The position numbers were made by a program, and so were the translations under genes. 64,000 bases of DNA, taken from Negaprion brevirostris (taxonomy: Eukaryota). Positions 51,537 through 63,978 of the stretch are shown here, one piece after another (position 1 is the stretch's first letter; each line of letters opens with the position of its first letter). The notes under the pieces are model-generated. The model saw only the letters and a program-made list of their open reading frames with translations, was not told where the DNA came from and did no database searches. Location of the stretch: NCBI GenBank assembly GCA_030324005.1, contig JARDVH010000132.1, positions 66,669,491 through 66,733,490 on the forward strand, in the 5' to 3' direction.

Positions 51537-52090
51537 GTACGTCCCTCAAAATGAGTATTCTTTCTTTCTTAGATACAATTGAATATGCTTGTTGAATTAT
51601 AATACTTTTGAGTGGAGCAGCAGAGTAAAATTACACATTTAAATAGATAAAGCAATCCTGTTTTTACGATAAACACAAATGGCTTACAACTGATTGGTTT
51701 ACTAGCCTTAAATTTAAAATCAACTGGTTTGTATAAATAATGGATGTTCAAGCGTTTGTGTTAATCTGTGTCTTATTGATATCACACTAAAGATATCCTA
51801 GAATNNNNNNNNNNNNNNNNNNNNNNNNNNNNNNNNNNNNNNNNNNNNNNNNNNNNNNNNNNNNNNNNNNNNNNNNNNNNNNNNNNNNNNNNNNNNNNNN
51901 NNNNNNNNNNNNNNNNNNNNNNNNNNNNNNNNNNNNNNNNNNNNNNNNNNNNNNNNNNNNNNNNNNNNNNNNNNNNNNNNNNNNNNNNNNNNNNNNNNNN
52001 NNNNNNNNNNNNNNNNNNNNNNNNNNNNNNNNNNNNNNNNNNNNNNNNNNNNNNNNNNNNNNNNNNNNNNNNNNNNNNNNNNNNNNNNNN

Positions 52091-52146
52091 AATCAAACCC
52101 GGGTCTCTGGCACTGTGAAATAGCAGTGATAACCACTGTGCCACCC
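52091..52146 (-). mobile_element. HE1-like SINE head (rest in gap)
   Basis: Reverse complement of GGTGGCACAGTGGTTATCACTGCT...CCCGGGTTTGATT. Confidence 0.7.
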
Positions 52147-52509
52147 CTCCTCTTCAAGGATCAAAGCTAATGATATGAAAGTACAAATATTCAAGACATT
52201 CAGAACAATTAATTCATTCATTCATCTGAAAATATTAGCGGGAAGAAGTTGGTATTAACAAGTTAAGCAACCCATGCATTCATATCTCCAGCAATCATTT
52301 CTGTACTTTTTAAATATGGTGTAATTACTGAGAAGAATAACATGAAGCGGTTTAGTTTTTATTCTTAAACGATAGAAGATTTTATAAATGTTATAAATTA
52401 TATTACTAGTCTTGTCTGCTAGCTACACATCTTCATGAATGAAGTCCCTTTCAGTTGATTTTGTAATCAAAATGTGCTAATGTAAAGAATTTTTTTTCTG
52501 TTATAATAG

Positions 52510-52563
52510 GGATCCCCTGGTCTGCCTGGCGCAGCTGGAGAGCCTGGTAAACCTGGTAATCAG
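52510..52563 (+). CDS. COL1A2: COL1A2 exon 29
   Basis: 54 nt, GSPGLPGAAGEPGKPGNQ. Confidence 0.95.
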
Positions 52564-53664
52564 GTAAGGCAGCCAATTATCCATCCTCTCCAGGAGAGGC
52601 AAAGTATGAGAAACAATCGTGTGATCTATATGTTTGAACTTAAATGTCGAGTACAAGATTATACCAGCATGAACTTTAAAATAATGATACCACCCCTACC
52701 CAGTTTATTGAGCAAACATTGGTCAGAAAAAATGGAATAAACCCACCCATTTACTGGAGATCCAGACCACTTTCATGTTTGGACCTCATTAAAATTTTAT
52801 TGTAGATAGAGAAATTTATTTGGAGTACTCCCTTGAGCAGACTTCAATGGCATGTTTAAGGACTAATAGTCTGGCCAATTTACTTTAAGTTCTGCTAGGT
52901 GGTGCTGGCACATGCACACGTGTTGCAGTATTGAACGCCTATCAGATTACTATATATTATCAGACCCCAATTTGCATGAATGAATGAGGTTCCTCTGCTT
53001 CAGATGGCTATGGCGGCCCAGTCCAAAATCTTGACAGGCCAGAGATCAGCAGGAATAGGGGAATAAGTGCAACCATCACATGCACAGAGAAATGGAGCTG
53101 AAATGAGAGCGACATGTGCCTAATTACCTTCAATTCCTTGAGTTAATTAAATAATGCATCAATAAATCATCTTTTCTGCTATTCTTTATGAATTGAGCAA
53201 AGCTGAAGGACAATTATGCTTTCAAATTTATATATTTGTCCTATCACAAATAAACTGTGGCAGTAATCAGCATAGTGACATTCATGTGTATTAATTGTTG
53301 TTGAAAGAATTTCAGGTTGATTTTCGTACTCACACCTGGGTGATAATTTGGTAAGGCCCTTTATGGAACATATCTGATTTCCAGTGCATTCATTTCAACT
53401 GGATTAAAATCAGATGGTCCGTACAATGGGCAGACAACCCAGACAAGAAAGATGTTTCCCTATATTTCCAACATTCATACCATCTCTTATTGCTATATGT
53501 GATGAAATCATTCATCCATAAAACTTAAGAAATTATTACAATAGCATTCAGAAAAATCTTCATCCTAGTGGTCAAACTTAAGATTTTTTTAAATTACAGT
53601 TTGTACTTTATAATGCATTGCATTGTCAAAATATCATACCTATGTCCATGCTTTTTCTCCACAG

Positions 53665-53709
53665 GGCATCCGAGGTGACACTGGTGCTCCAGGAGTTGCT
53701 GGTACAAAG
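53665..53709 (+). CDS. COL1A2: COL1A2 exon 30
   Basis: 45 nt, GIRGDTGAPGVAGTK. Confidence 0.95.
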
Positions 53710-53804
53710 GTAAGCTTAAGTTCCTTCTGTAATTTTGTATTTTCAGTTTATTTAATTTTATGACATCATGATTAAAGCATAACGGTTCATATTTTGCTCT
53801 TTAG

Positions 53805-53903
53805 GGTGAACGAGGTCCCCCAGGTGAACGAGGTGCTAAAGGTCCCCAAGGTCTCCCTGGTAACCGTGGTCCCTCTGGTGCTCCTGGTACTGATGGCGGA
53901 AAG
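53805..53903 (+). CDS. COL1A2: COL1A2 exon 31
   Basis: 99 nt, GERGPPGERGAKGPQGLPGNRGPSGAPGTDGGK. Confidence 0.95.
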
Positions 53904-56094
53904 GTATGCTCAAAACAAAAAAAAACTCAGCTCAACAAACGATGCCTGTTTTTAAAAATGTTCTTTCAAAACAAGGAAGTTGCTTGATTGATATCTTAAA
54001 ATCTAATTGCAAACAACACAAATGTGTGATCGATTTTATCTAAACTCACTGAACAGCTCATTAATGAATTTCTGTTGGCTTTATTTTTAAGTTATAACAA
54101 CACTGCCACACATTGATCATTTGCCTCCTGTCTAGAATTAATTGTAAAGCTCTAAAGTTCATTTTATTTTAAAAATTAGAATATTTAGTTTGAATAAATC
54201 ATAATATGGATTACTATTAAACCAAAATAATCTAGGGTAAGTAAATCACCTGTACTTTTCCTTCTGTCTAAAAACCATGGGTCAACAGACCTTCCCGTTG
54301 TCCGCCCCTCACCTGCTTCGATTCCCATGGAGGGTGGGCTGGAATCAAAGTCAGAGTTTGCACTCTTGCAAAAGGCAATTTATATATATGTTTGTAGCTT
54401 TCGCAAATATTATGCTGTGGTAAATCATTCTCTGATATCTAATTAGATGTCACTATATTTTGCGCAAGTCCAGATATCAGCTTGTGAATTAAAGAGAATA
54501 AAATTAGGTTTATTGATGCCAAATGAATTGATTTGAACAAGGAAATATGTATAAAGAAATATATGTGACACAATGGGTCATGAATAAAATGCATTTAATT
54601 TAGAAGTTTAGACTTGAGGAGGATATTAAAACCCAAACTGAGATTTCGGCAATGAGAGTTAATGAGAAACTCTCCCAATATATCTCACTCTCCTTTACTC
54701 AGGTGTCAGCTAGCTCCTAATATTGGATTCCCATTGTAACTGCTGTGTCAATATAAAATGTATTTCCTTTTGAAGGTGATGGACAGCATTTCTTTAAATT
54801 CATGGGGATTGGCTGCAGTTTGTAAATTATAATACAATAAAAACCTCACACAGTGGAAAAAATATGAAGTGAAACCGCTTCGAACTGGCTATATGCCATT
54901 AAACTATGAATTCAGCCAGAACTTCCAGGGAAAATCTAATCAGTCATTCACAAATGATACTTTCTCCCTTGTCACTGATGTTATTTTCTCACAATTTAAT
55001 TCTTAAGTTTCTAAACACATTTTTACAGTAGCTAATAGGAATATTTTTAGACAACTCATTACCAACCCTCTGCTTTGGTATCATCTCCTTTAGCACTTGC
55101 AATATTTTTTTGAAATCATTTAAACATATTTCACAGTGGATTTAGAAGGGGACAAATTTATATTCTTCAACTTCTCTTGTATAAGAAGTTCAAATTTCAT
55201 ATCATCATCTATCATAGTTAAGTTGTGTTGGTAATATACTGGGATGTCATGCTGACCATTAGGGGAGAATCTTCCCAATCCCCCGAAGGCAGCTCTGCAG
55301 GCAGGATGGAGAGCAAAATCAGAGATAAGGGCATTGGTTCGGTGCCCCGACATATTGCCATCTGTGGGTGGTCATGCCAGAAGTGGGGTCAACGTGGCAC
55401 TGGCTACCCATCAGGCAACGGTAGGAAGTCAATTAGTTAAATTAAATGCCCAATAGGGGGCATTGATGAGGACACTTGGTATCAAAACAGACCATCAATG
55501 AGTGCAGAGCCATGCAGCTCCGTGGAGTTGGGCTGAAGGCCAGGGAGGGCCATCAAAGCAAGAGGTTTGTGGGTATGAAGGGTTGTACTCAAAGCTGCCA
55601 CCAATTCTCTGGAGGGGTTTTCCTACTCTAGTGGACTCGGATCTCTTTATTTTCAGTATTTCATTCACACTTCCAAGGACGCTTCCATTCTGAGGTGTCC
55701 TTGCAGTTCCCTAGCCCCCTTCGCAGAGCCCACCTCTCCAAGTGAGGCTGCACAGCTTCTGGACATCTGATTGGACCTGAACCTCAGAAATGACTAGCCA
55801 TCCTTACCTGGAGGTCACCACCCAGAAGGACACGTGGGAGTGTAAATTACACATCAGCATTGGATCAGGACTTGGAGATGGTGCCTACACCTGAAGATAA
55901 TCTATCAGCAAAATATTCTGCCCTTAGTTATCCAAAGTACATAACTGAAACTAGCCTCCTTTTAAAAGGGGTTTTATGGTATTACCTGGATTTCTTAGAA
56001 GGAGGTAACAAAGGGGCTTTCAGTATGTTTGAGTGTGGCATTGTACTGACTAACTCTTGACAATCTTCATCAGTTGATCTTTATTCCTTATTAG

Positions 56095-56202
56095 GGTGAA
56101 GTTGGTCTTATTGGTTTGGTTGGTAATCCAGGAGCCCAAGGAGCTCAGGGTATGCCAGGTGAGAGAGGTGCCCCTGGAGCCCCTGGCCCCAAAGGTGAAA
56201 AG
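56095..56202 (+). CDS. COL1A2: COL1A2 exon 32
   Basis: 108 nt, GEVGLIGLVGNPGAQGAQGMPGERGAPGAPGPKGEK. Confidence 0.95.
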
Positions 56203-56895
56203 GTAAGTTGTTTTTAATATTGTGAACCTATTTTGGAACAGTCTGCAAATGTCTTAAAAGCTTTCCCTTTTTAAGGTCCCCTAGCTTCCATGTACATTTG
56301 TAGTGTTGGCTTCTTTAGCCTCCCCCCCCACCGCCCCCAACTCCCATGCCCTGCATCACCACTGCAGCAGTATCAATCTAGATAAAAACTGATAAAATTT
56401 ACGGATCTTCTGTGCTTCATGCGAGAATCTCTATAATGGTGTCTCATGCTGTGGTGAGAACTTTCCATCCATTCACACCAGTGGGATCTTCCAATCCTGC
56501 CACTGACACACCCCACCACAGGATTTTCAGTAGTGAGAGGTGCATTCGATGGAAAACCCCATGAGACCAGAAAATTGTCACCAGCCCATGGTGGGCTGCT
56601 TCCTGCCACAGCAAAACACTTGGCAGGTCGCTTGGTAAATCCCGCCCAATGTGTTTCTATTATTTAGTTTTGTTTTTAATGATTTAAAGGATACATTATG
56701 GTGGACGTGTATACAGAGCAACTTCAGCTCATGGAGAGAGCAATAAAATATTCCAACAAAAAAGTATAAAATTAGTCGCAGTTTAAGATAATGCTTTAAA
56801 GAATTCATTGAGGTATTAAGCAACAATATGTGTTGTTATTTCTAATATATGCACCACCCTTTAATCAATCTAACTTATCATGCATATTTTTCTAG

Positions 56896-56949
56896 GGTGA
56901 TGCAGGTCCAGCTGGTCCTCAAGGAAGTGCAGGCATGGATGGCCCACGG
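56896..56949 (+). CDS. COL1A2: COL1A2 exon 33
   Basis: 54 nt, GDAGPAGPQGSAGMDGPR. Confidence 0.95.
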
Positions 56950-57067
56950 GTAAGAGTCCCATAACATATTGCATAAATTTAAGCCTTTAATATGCTGTTT
57001 CTGTAAGTAAACACAATCTAACCTTGATCTTGACTTGAGCTTTGTATTAACATTTGATATTTTACAG

Positions 57068-57121
57068 GGTGCTCCTGGTCCTGCAGGTGCTCCTGGTCCC
57101 AGTGGCCCTCCTGGTGATAGG
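57068..57121 (+). CDS. COL1A2: COL1A2 exon 34
   Basis: 54 nt, GAPGPAGAPGPSGPPGDR. Confidence 0.95.
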
Positions 57122-57301
57122 GTAAGTTTCTGAGCAATGATCAGAATTACTATTCTATTAATATTCCCATTGCTGTCCTTTATTACTGACATCAGTATCA
57201 CATTGTGCTCATTAGTGTTCCAAATCAGATATTCTTTTCATAATAGTTTTCATGTCTGTACCTTTTCATTAACATCATCAGTTGACTTCCTTTCTTTTCA
57301 G

Positions 57302-57355
57302 GGTGAATCTGGTGCCGCCGGTCATTCTGGTCCAGCTGGTCCTCGTGGTGCTCCA
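57302..57355 (+). CDS. COL1A2: COL1A2 exon 35
   Basis: 54 nt, GESGAAGHSGPAGPRGAP. Confidence 0.95.
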
Positions 57356-57556
57356 GTAAGTAGAGAACACAAGTGCAACTGGGAAGATTAACTTCGACTG
57401 AGATCTTGTACTTTATGTTCTTCTAAGTATTTTTGTCAATAATGCAATAGAATTTCTGGTGTAATTAACAGTACTAGTAGTGACATTTTAATAGGGCCAC
57501 TGTTTGAGAAGGAGCATGGACAATAAGATTATTTGGTTTGATTTTCCTCTGCCTAG

Positions 57557-57610
57557 GGCGAACGTGGTGAAGCTGGTCGTACTGGTCCTCCTGGGTTTGC
57601 TGGTCCACCT
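57557..57610 (+). CDS. COL1A2: COL1A2 exon 36
   Basis: 54 nt, GERGEAGRTGPPGFAGPP. Confidence 0.95.
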
Positions 57611-57705
57611 GTAAGTTTCAAAACTTTCTCTTTATTTGAATTAATTCCATTTTGTTTCAAACAATTGCCTTTTTCTTATTTAAACCTTATTGTTTTCTCA
57701 TGCAG

Positions 57706-57813
57706 GGTGCAGATGGACATTCTGGAGCTAAAGGTGAGAAAGGTGTTCCTGGCGCCAAAGGGGAAGTCGGTCCTGCTGGTGCTGTTGGTCTACCTGGTCC
57801 CGCTGGTGCTGTG
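57706..57813 (+). CDS. COL1A2: COL1A2 exon 37
   Basis: 108 nt, GADGHSGAKGEKGVPGAKGEVGPAGAVGLPGPAGAV. Confidence 0.95.
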
Positions 57814-58319
57814 GTAAGTATTCTGATGTAAGATAAAGAGTGATTCTACCTTCAATCATTTCAAGTAATTCTCTTTATACATCCAGCTCATGGTTTAAAA
57901 TAATATAAATCATTTGACATAAAAATGGGCAGTGATCTGGTTTAATGCATCCTTGTCCAATTTTCTGCTGCCACCCCACTCTTACTATAACTAAAGCAGC
58001 AGTAAACCAGAGGAAAGTCCTGCCTGAACGGTCCAAACTCGAGGACAGTTTTGGTNNNNNNTAAGATATTCCTGACATTGAAAATGAAAGATTAGCTGGG
58101 ATTATGATCCTAAGGACTAGTTTGCGCAGAAATGAATTGTTGAAAATGCTGAAGGGCACAATTTATTTTAATGACAACATACTTGTGCAGCATATGATTT
58201 AGGTTGCTATCCAGACAAACATTTCATTTTTTTATGCCTGTCTCAGTTTATCTATGTCACTTAACCTGACATAATCAGTCTTACATGATCTGAAGAATTT
58301 GCAAAATGTTTCTAAATCA

Positions 58320-59313
58320 GGCATTGCCCATTTAGGACAGAGCTGAGGAAATAAAATTTCTCTCAGAGGGTTGCGAGACTTTGGAATTCTCCCCTTCAAA
58401 AGGTGGTTGAGGCAAAATTCTTGATTATCTTTAAGGCAGAGCTAGATAGATTCTTGATAACCTTTCACCCCTTTGCTTATCGGGGAGGTAGGCAAGAATG
58501 TGAAGTGGAGGTTAAAATCCGATCAACTGTGGTTTTATTGAATGGGGGCAGAACAGGTTTGAGGGACCAAGTGGTCTACTCGTGCTCCAAGTCCATATGT
58601 TTGCTTATAACTTAGAAATGGTTCTTCTGGCAATAAAGAAATATTAAGTGAATATTGCTCATTTGCTTCAGCATTATTTTGTACATTTGAACCCCACAGT
58701 TTTACTCTTTTTATTCTGTGCACACAATAGTAGATGTAATATTAGCTATGTTAGTCTTGTCCAGCACCTTTGTAATGTGGTGAGCATCCACCTAGGATAT
58801 GAAAATTGTACCTATCACCTCAGTACAGCATTTCTGTAGGCAATCTCACTGCAACAATCATGGACTTAGGGCTTTGATGAAGGAAATAAGGGCATGGAAG
58901 AATACCACTGACAAGGCAGAGTAGTACCCTTAGATCAATATACTTGGTGTAGGGGCTAGACAGGGTAGAGACAGAGAGATTATTTCCACTTAGAAAGGAA
59001 ACAAGAACTCGAGGGCACAGCCTCAAAATAAGGGGGAGTCAATTTAAAACAGAGTTGAGGAGGAACTTCTTCTCTCAAAGGGTAGTGAATCTTTGGAATT
59101 GTCTGCCCACTGAAGCAGTGGAGGCTACCTCGTTAAATGTGTTTACGTCACGGGTAGATAGATTTCTNNNNNNNNNNNNNNNNNNNNNTTATGGGGAGCA
59201 GGCGGGTAAGTGGAACTGAACCACTATTAGATCAGCCATGATCTTATTGAATGGCGGGGCAGGCTCGAGGGACTAGATGGCCTACTCCTGCGCCTATTTC
59301 TTATGTTCTTATG
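58320..59313 (+). mobile_element. Two CR1 LINE 3' fragments (~58320-58612 and ~58935-59313)
   Basis: RTRGHSLKIRG..FKTELRRNFFSQRVVNLWN CR1 ORF2 C-terminus with a (TTCTTATG)n tail. Confidence 0.85.
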
Positions 59314-60839
59314 TGTGCCAGGCAGGGGCAGAATAAGTCAGCAATGTTGGTGTCTGCAGGGGAGCCCCTAGTGATGCATGGCATAGCCATGTGAAGGCTG
59401 CCAAAACTGTTTTTCATCCAGAAAGGCTAGGCTTTCCTCTCCAGCACTATCATTAGCAGACATTTGGTGGGCAGGAGTTCCACCAGCCTGCCAGACTCAG
59501 CACTGACCCCAGTGAACTTTCTGCTGTTAGCTTAATTTAGGTCTATTAAATCTATTAGATGGTGGCCTTATGGCACTGATAAGTATTCCTGGGAACTCAT
59601 CACTGAAATCTTGTTGCTGCGGAGTTGCACTACCTGAAACAATTTAAAGAGCTGAGCAATATTCCCAACAATTAGCATGCAGCTGTTTCCACTCTAAACC
59701 ACAAATTTCATGAATAAGAAACATTACATTGAACAACCTTCTTTCCATCAAAGTTGTTGATGCGGCCATTTAAACATTCTTGCTCATTATTTACATTTTA
59801 GTGTATCTGTTATTAATGCAAAAGTTTCATGAGCTATGATAGCAGAAGGTGCAAATGCAACTAAACTTCCAATCTTACTTTCCTGCCAAACAACAATGAT
59901 ACAATAAAATCTTAATATAAACATGCTACGCAAGTTCCCTGGGAGGTGACCACTAAATCATATAATTCTAAGCTGGTAACAGCAAACTAGCTGCTTATTT
60001 GGTCAATAAAACCCCTTGCAGTTCATATGGAGCTTTATATTACGCATATAGAAACAGATGTCAAGATGCATACAGTGACTCCTACACCTTTGAGAAATAA
60101 GTTGCTTATATTGCTTTTTTGATGCTGCTAGTCAATTGAGAAAGGAACTAAACTATTGGCCTGGCAATAATTATTTATCATGGCTGCGATGGATCTGAGT
60201 ACAACAAATTGGTTCACATATTCGCAGTGCTTGCCAGGAATATCTCCAAGGAACAGTAATTCCGATGAGGTTTGGTGTGACTGGCATGCTGTATGAAGAT
60301 GTACCACAGGCCTTTAACAGGGGATGATTGAAGTTTTGAAGAATCCAGCACCAGGAATCTGCAAGGAATAATACATTTGATGCTTCAGCTTCTGCTTTCT
60401 TGCATTAACTTGCCACTCAAGCTGCCCACTGTCATTTTAAGCTGCTCCACCTGGAGCCAGTTGTGCCGTAAATGGCACACTGAATACAGTTCCACTTGTT
60501 GCTTTATAATGCTCACTTGTCCACTCTGATTTATTCTGAGCAGAGCAATTACAAGAATCAGCATTCAATCCATCACTTGGCAAAGCAATATCACCGAAAT
60601 GCGCAAATTGAATTTGAATAGCCATTATGCAAACATTAGTGCCAAACAATATTACCATGAGGAATCAACAAGATATTACCTGGTCACTTCACGCTGGGTG
60701 TCATTTTGTAACATATAATGAAGATAGATAATATGTGTCTGCTGCAGCAATCAGAAAATGATTTCTTTGTAACAATCTCGTGCATTACTTGTTATCACAA
60801 AAACAAAATCTAACCTGTTATTCATATTTCTCTTCTTAG

Positions 60840-60893
60840 GGTCCTGCTGGAGTTCCTGGCCTACAAGGACCTGTTGGTTCTATTGGACCACCA
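60840..60893 (+). CDS. COL1A2: COL1A2 exon 38
   Basis: 54 nt, GPAGVPGLQGPVGSIGPP. Confidence 0.95.
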
Positions 60894-61132
60894 GTAAGTT
60901 GAATAATAATTGTATTGCAAATATTTCATTGAGTCAAATGGGATCACATTCCATACAGTATAGAAAAATAAGATTTCATAGCAAAGTGAAAAATTCTTAA
61001 AGCTTTTGAGAGGATAGTTGTAGGTTGTGGAGTGGTAAGACTAAATGCTGTTCCGAATTCCAATGATCAAGCTGAGAAATGTGACTTGGTATATAACCGG
61101 CTAATTTCAACTAATTGCTTTCCTTTTTCTAG

Positions 61133-61186
61133 GGTATGACAGGTTTCCCAGGTCCAGCTGGTAGAGCAGGCGCACCAGGTCCAGCA
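61133..61186 (+). CDS. COL1A2: COL1A2 exon 39
   Basis: 54 nt, GMTGFPGPAGRAGAPGPA. Confidence 0.95.
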
Positions 61187-61908
61187 GTAAGTATTTTGTT
61201 CTACTGTTTAGCAATTCACTTTGACACTGACACTGTGATGAAAGTGATGCAGAACATTTAAGTGGCTCAAGTTAATGTTAGCATTAATTCGTGTGCATCG
61301 AGCAATATTTGTTTCTTTCAACAGTAATAATTTCAGTGTTTAATGCTCTGAATGAAAAATTGAGACTGAAAGTTAATGTTGCAAGGTCAAGGCCATTATC
61401 CAGTACCACTCAGTACATGGATGGTAATTTTGTCAATTCTGATAAAGGGGTAAACATGAAACATTAACCCTATCTTCCTTTTTCCACGATGAATTCTGAT
61501 CTGTTCAGTGTTCCCAGTATCTGTCTTTTTTTTAATTACATAGTTATTGTTCCCTGTTTTAATTATTCCTTTTGTTAAGTCATCGTAGAAGTGATCATGC
61601 AAATTTAAGATCAGATTTTAAAGACTTCCAGATTTATCTTTTGACATTGTTATATCCATAGAGCTATCTATCAGAATATATCCCACCAACATTCATACCA
61701 TAGCAGAAGACACCCATGTGTGGTTCTTGGAATGCATATTCTGAAAATACATCATAATGCAGACTTTTGAAGACTTTGGCAACAAGGAAGAAACATGTTT
61801 TCTATTAGGGAGTGAACAATAGAAGATGTGTTATATCAGGAGGCATTAGAAGAAGTAATCAGGAATAGAAATATAGGTAATTGTGATTAATACATTGCAC
61901 TTTGATAG

Positions 61909-62070
61909 GGTCCTGCAGGTCCACAGGGTCCTACTGGTCCAACTGGTAATCCTGGCCCACAAGGTCCAAGAGGTGATACAGGTCCACAAGGTCGTCCAGG
62001 TTCAGCAGGTCCACTTGGTCCAATTGGTGCACCTGGAGAAAGAGGTCCATCTGGTGAATCAGGCTCTGCT
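61909..62070 (+). CDS. COL1A2: COL1A2 exon 40
   Basis: 162 nt, [54 protein letters not shown]. Confidence 0.95.
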
Positions 62071-62189
62071 GTAAGTTACTTCGAACTAGTAGTAAAATAA
62101 TGTTATAATTGATATATAACTTTATTATTTCCATTTCTTCCTTCGATCAACATTCTTACTTGTTCACTTCTGTTAATATTTCTGTCCAG

Positions 62190-62297
62190 GGAGCTCCAGG
62201 TCCTCCAGGTCCTCAAGGTTTCCTTGGTAATGTTGGTTTAATTGGTCTTCCTGGTTCAAGAGGTGAGAGCGGTCTCCCAGGTGCCCCCGGTCCACAT
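62190..62297 (+). CDS. COL1A2: COL1A2 exon 41 (collagenase cleavage region)
   Basis: 108 nt, [36 protein letters not shown]. Confidence 0.95.
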
Positions 62298-63498
62298 GTA
62301 AGTGTAACAGTTTTATCAAACAATATCTGCTGAAATTGTTAACTGCTCAATTACATAGTGCCTTGCATGAGGTGATAATATATTAAAAGCTTGAATGTTG
62401 TTCAGTACCTTTATTATTCAGAAACCTAAGTAAAAGAGTTGAAAAGAGTGAGTGAGGAAAGAAGGTAGATCAAGAAACTATCACCAGGTGCTAACAAAAC
62501 TGTGTTTTTAAAAGCCAAGGATTCCCACTGAGAAATTAGTCATGGAATTTTATCCCTCAAGTATGCCAGCAAAATTCCGACAGCTTGAGAGCAAACTACA
62601 AAGAGCAAAATATTTTGGGCTAATTGCTCCAATTTGGGTTATTCTTCCACAATGGTGTTTTGGAGTGAGTTGTTGTTCTTTCACATTCAACTAGTGTAAA
62701 TAGCACATCCCGAAGGAAATTGCACAAGGGTTAAAATTGCCCTGTTCTTTAATTTGTAAATAGGTTAAAAACATGGAATTTTTGCAGCAAGAAACAGCAT
62801 CCCCCTAGTGCGGAAATCAGAAAGTTGCATCTCTGATTGTCAGTCTGTTCATTTAAATAGAAAGAAAATCATTACCTTAGGCCTGCAGTTCCTTAAAATA
62901 CTGCTTACATTCTTCTCTGGGGATACCAAAATATGGAATCGGACTTTGCAATTACCCTTTTAAAACATTTATTTCATATTTATTATCGTTATCATAATTA
63001 TCCAAAACAGAAGGGGCACTTTTTAAATTATTTTGAACCTTTCTGATATTGATCAATACATCAATCTGAAGTCTCAATGTTAAAGATCAGAATAGCTATT
63101 TTAGATGCTTCCAATATGTGTAGCGTTAGAATTTGTTGTTAAAAGGTGTATAAAAACAATGTTCCACAAACTTAACAATCAAGGGATTCATTTTTTAGAA
63201 CTGTACTTATTTAGACTTTCACTAATAGACATTGGCCATAGGCAGCTATTTAAAAAATTATCCCTTTCAGATACAAAATGTATCAATGTGCTACTCATCA
63301 TAATTCCGACAGAGGACTGACGAGAGCCCATGAGGAAACCAAGCAATCAGAGAAATATACCAGAACCTCTGCAGAATTTCTTTAGGAAGTGTTGGGATAC
63401 TGTTCAAGTTTATGAAATGTTTCACTTTCCATTTAAGATTTGTCTTGCTCAGAATAGTTCTGCTATATTAAATTTTATTTCACTGTTTTTATTTCTAG

Positions 63499-63606
63499 GG
63501 TCTGCCTGGTCCAACTGGTCGTGCAGGAGCTCCTGGATCCCGTGGTCCAGCTGGTCCAGTTGGTTCTAGTGGTTTGACTGGTCAAAATGGTGAAAGTGGC
63601 CGTGAT
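63499..63606 (+). CDS. COL1A2: COL1A2 exon 42
   Basis: 108 nt, GLPGPTGRAGAPGSRGPAGPVGSSGLTGQNGESGRD. Confidence 0.95.
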
Positions 63607-63704
63607 GTAAGTGAATGAATCAATTACAATTGTCGGTATTATTGTAAGTGAATAAACTATACAAGATTACATGATCTTTTCTCTTTGTTTCTTTTGCTTT
63701 TAAG

Positions 63705-63758
63705 GGAAATCCTGGTCGTGATGGTCCCCCTGGACGTGCTGGACAAACTGGACCTAAG
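63705..63758 (+). CDS. COL1A2: COL1A2 exon 43
   Basis: 54 nt, GNPGRDGPPGRAGQTGPK. Confidence 0.95.
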
Positions 63759-63870
63759 GTATGTGCAGTCCTGACTTCTATCCTCCAATAAAGTCAAAGC
63801 TTTTTGGCCTAATGTCACAGCTTTTCTTCAATGATTAATTTTTTTCTCTCTCTGTTTTTCTTGTTTTCAG

Positions 63871-63978
63871 GGCGAACGTGGTGAGCCTGGTAGGGTTGGC
63901 TCACCTGGTCCACTTGGTCAACCTGGTGCCCATGGTCATGCAGGTCCTGCTGGCAAAGCTGGCAATCGTGGTGAGGCC
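63871..63978 (+). CDS. COL1A2: COL1A2 exon 44
   Basis: 108 nt, [36 protein letters not shown], gtaagt donor. Confidence 0.95.

Larger units (their letters stand above)
16333..63978 (+). other. COL1A2: COL1A2 gene span (exons 1-44, 3'-truncated by the window)
   Basis: Signal peptide MLSFVDTR, N-propeptide without a VWC domain, FAAQY N-proteinase site, phase-0 Gly-X-Y exons of 45/54/99/108/162 nt in the COL1A2 order, with exons 33 and 34 separate. Confidence 0.96.

Noticed and set aside
59700-60700. Possible decayed Harbinger transposase on the minus strand
   Set aside because: Only faint motif resemblance; cannot be supported without a profile search.
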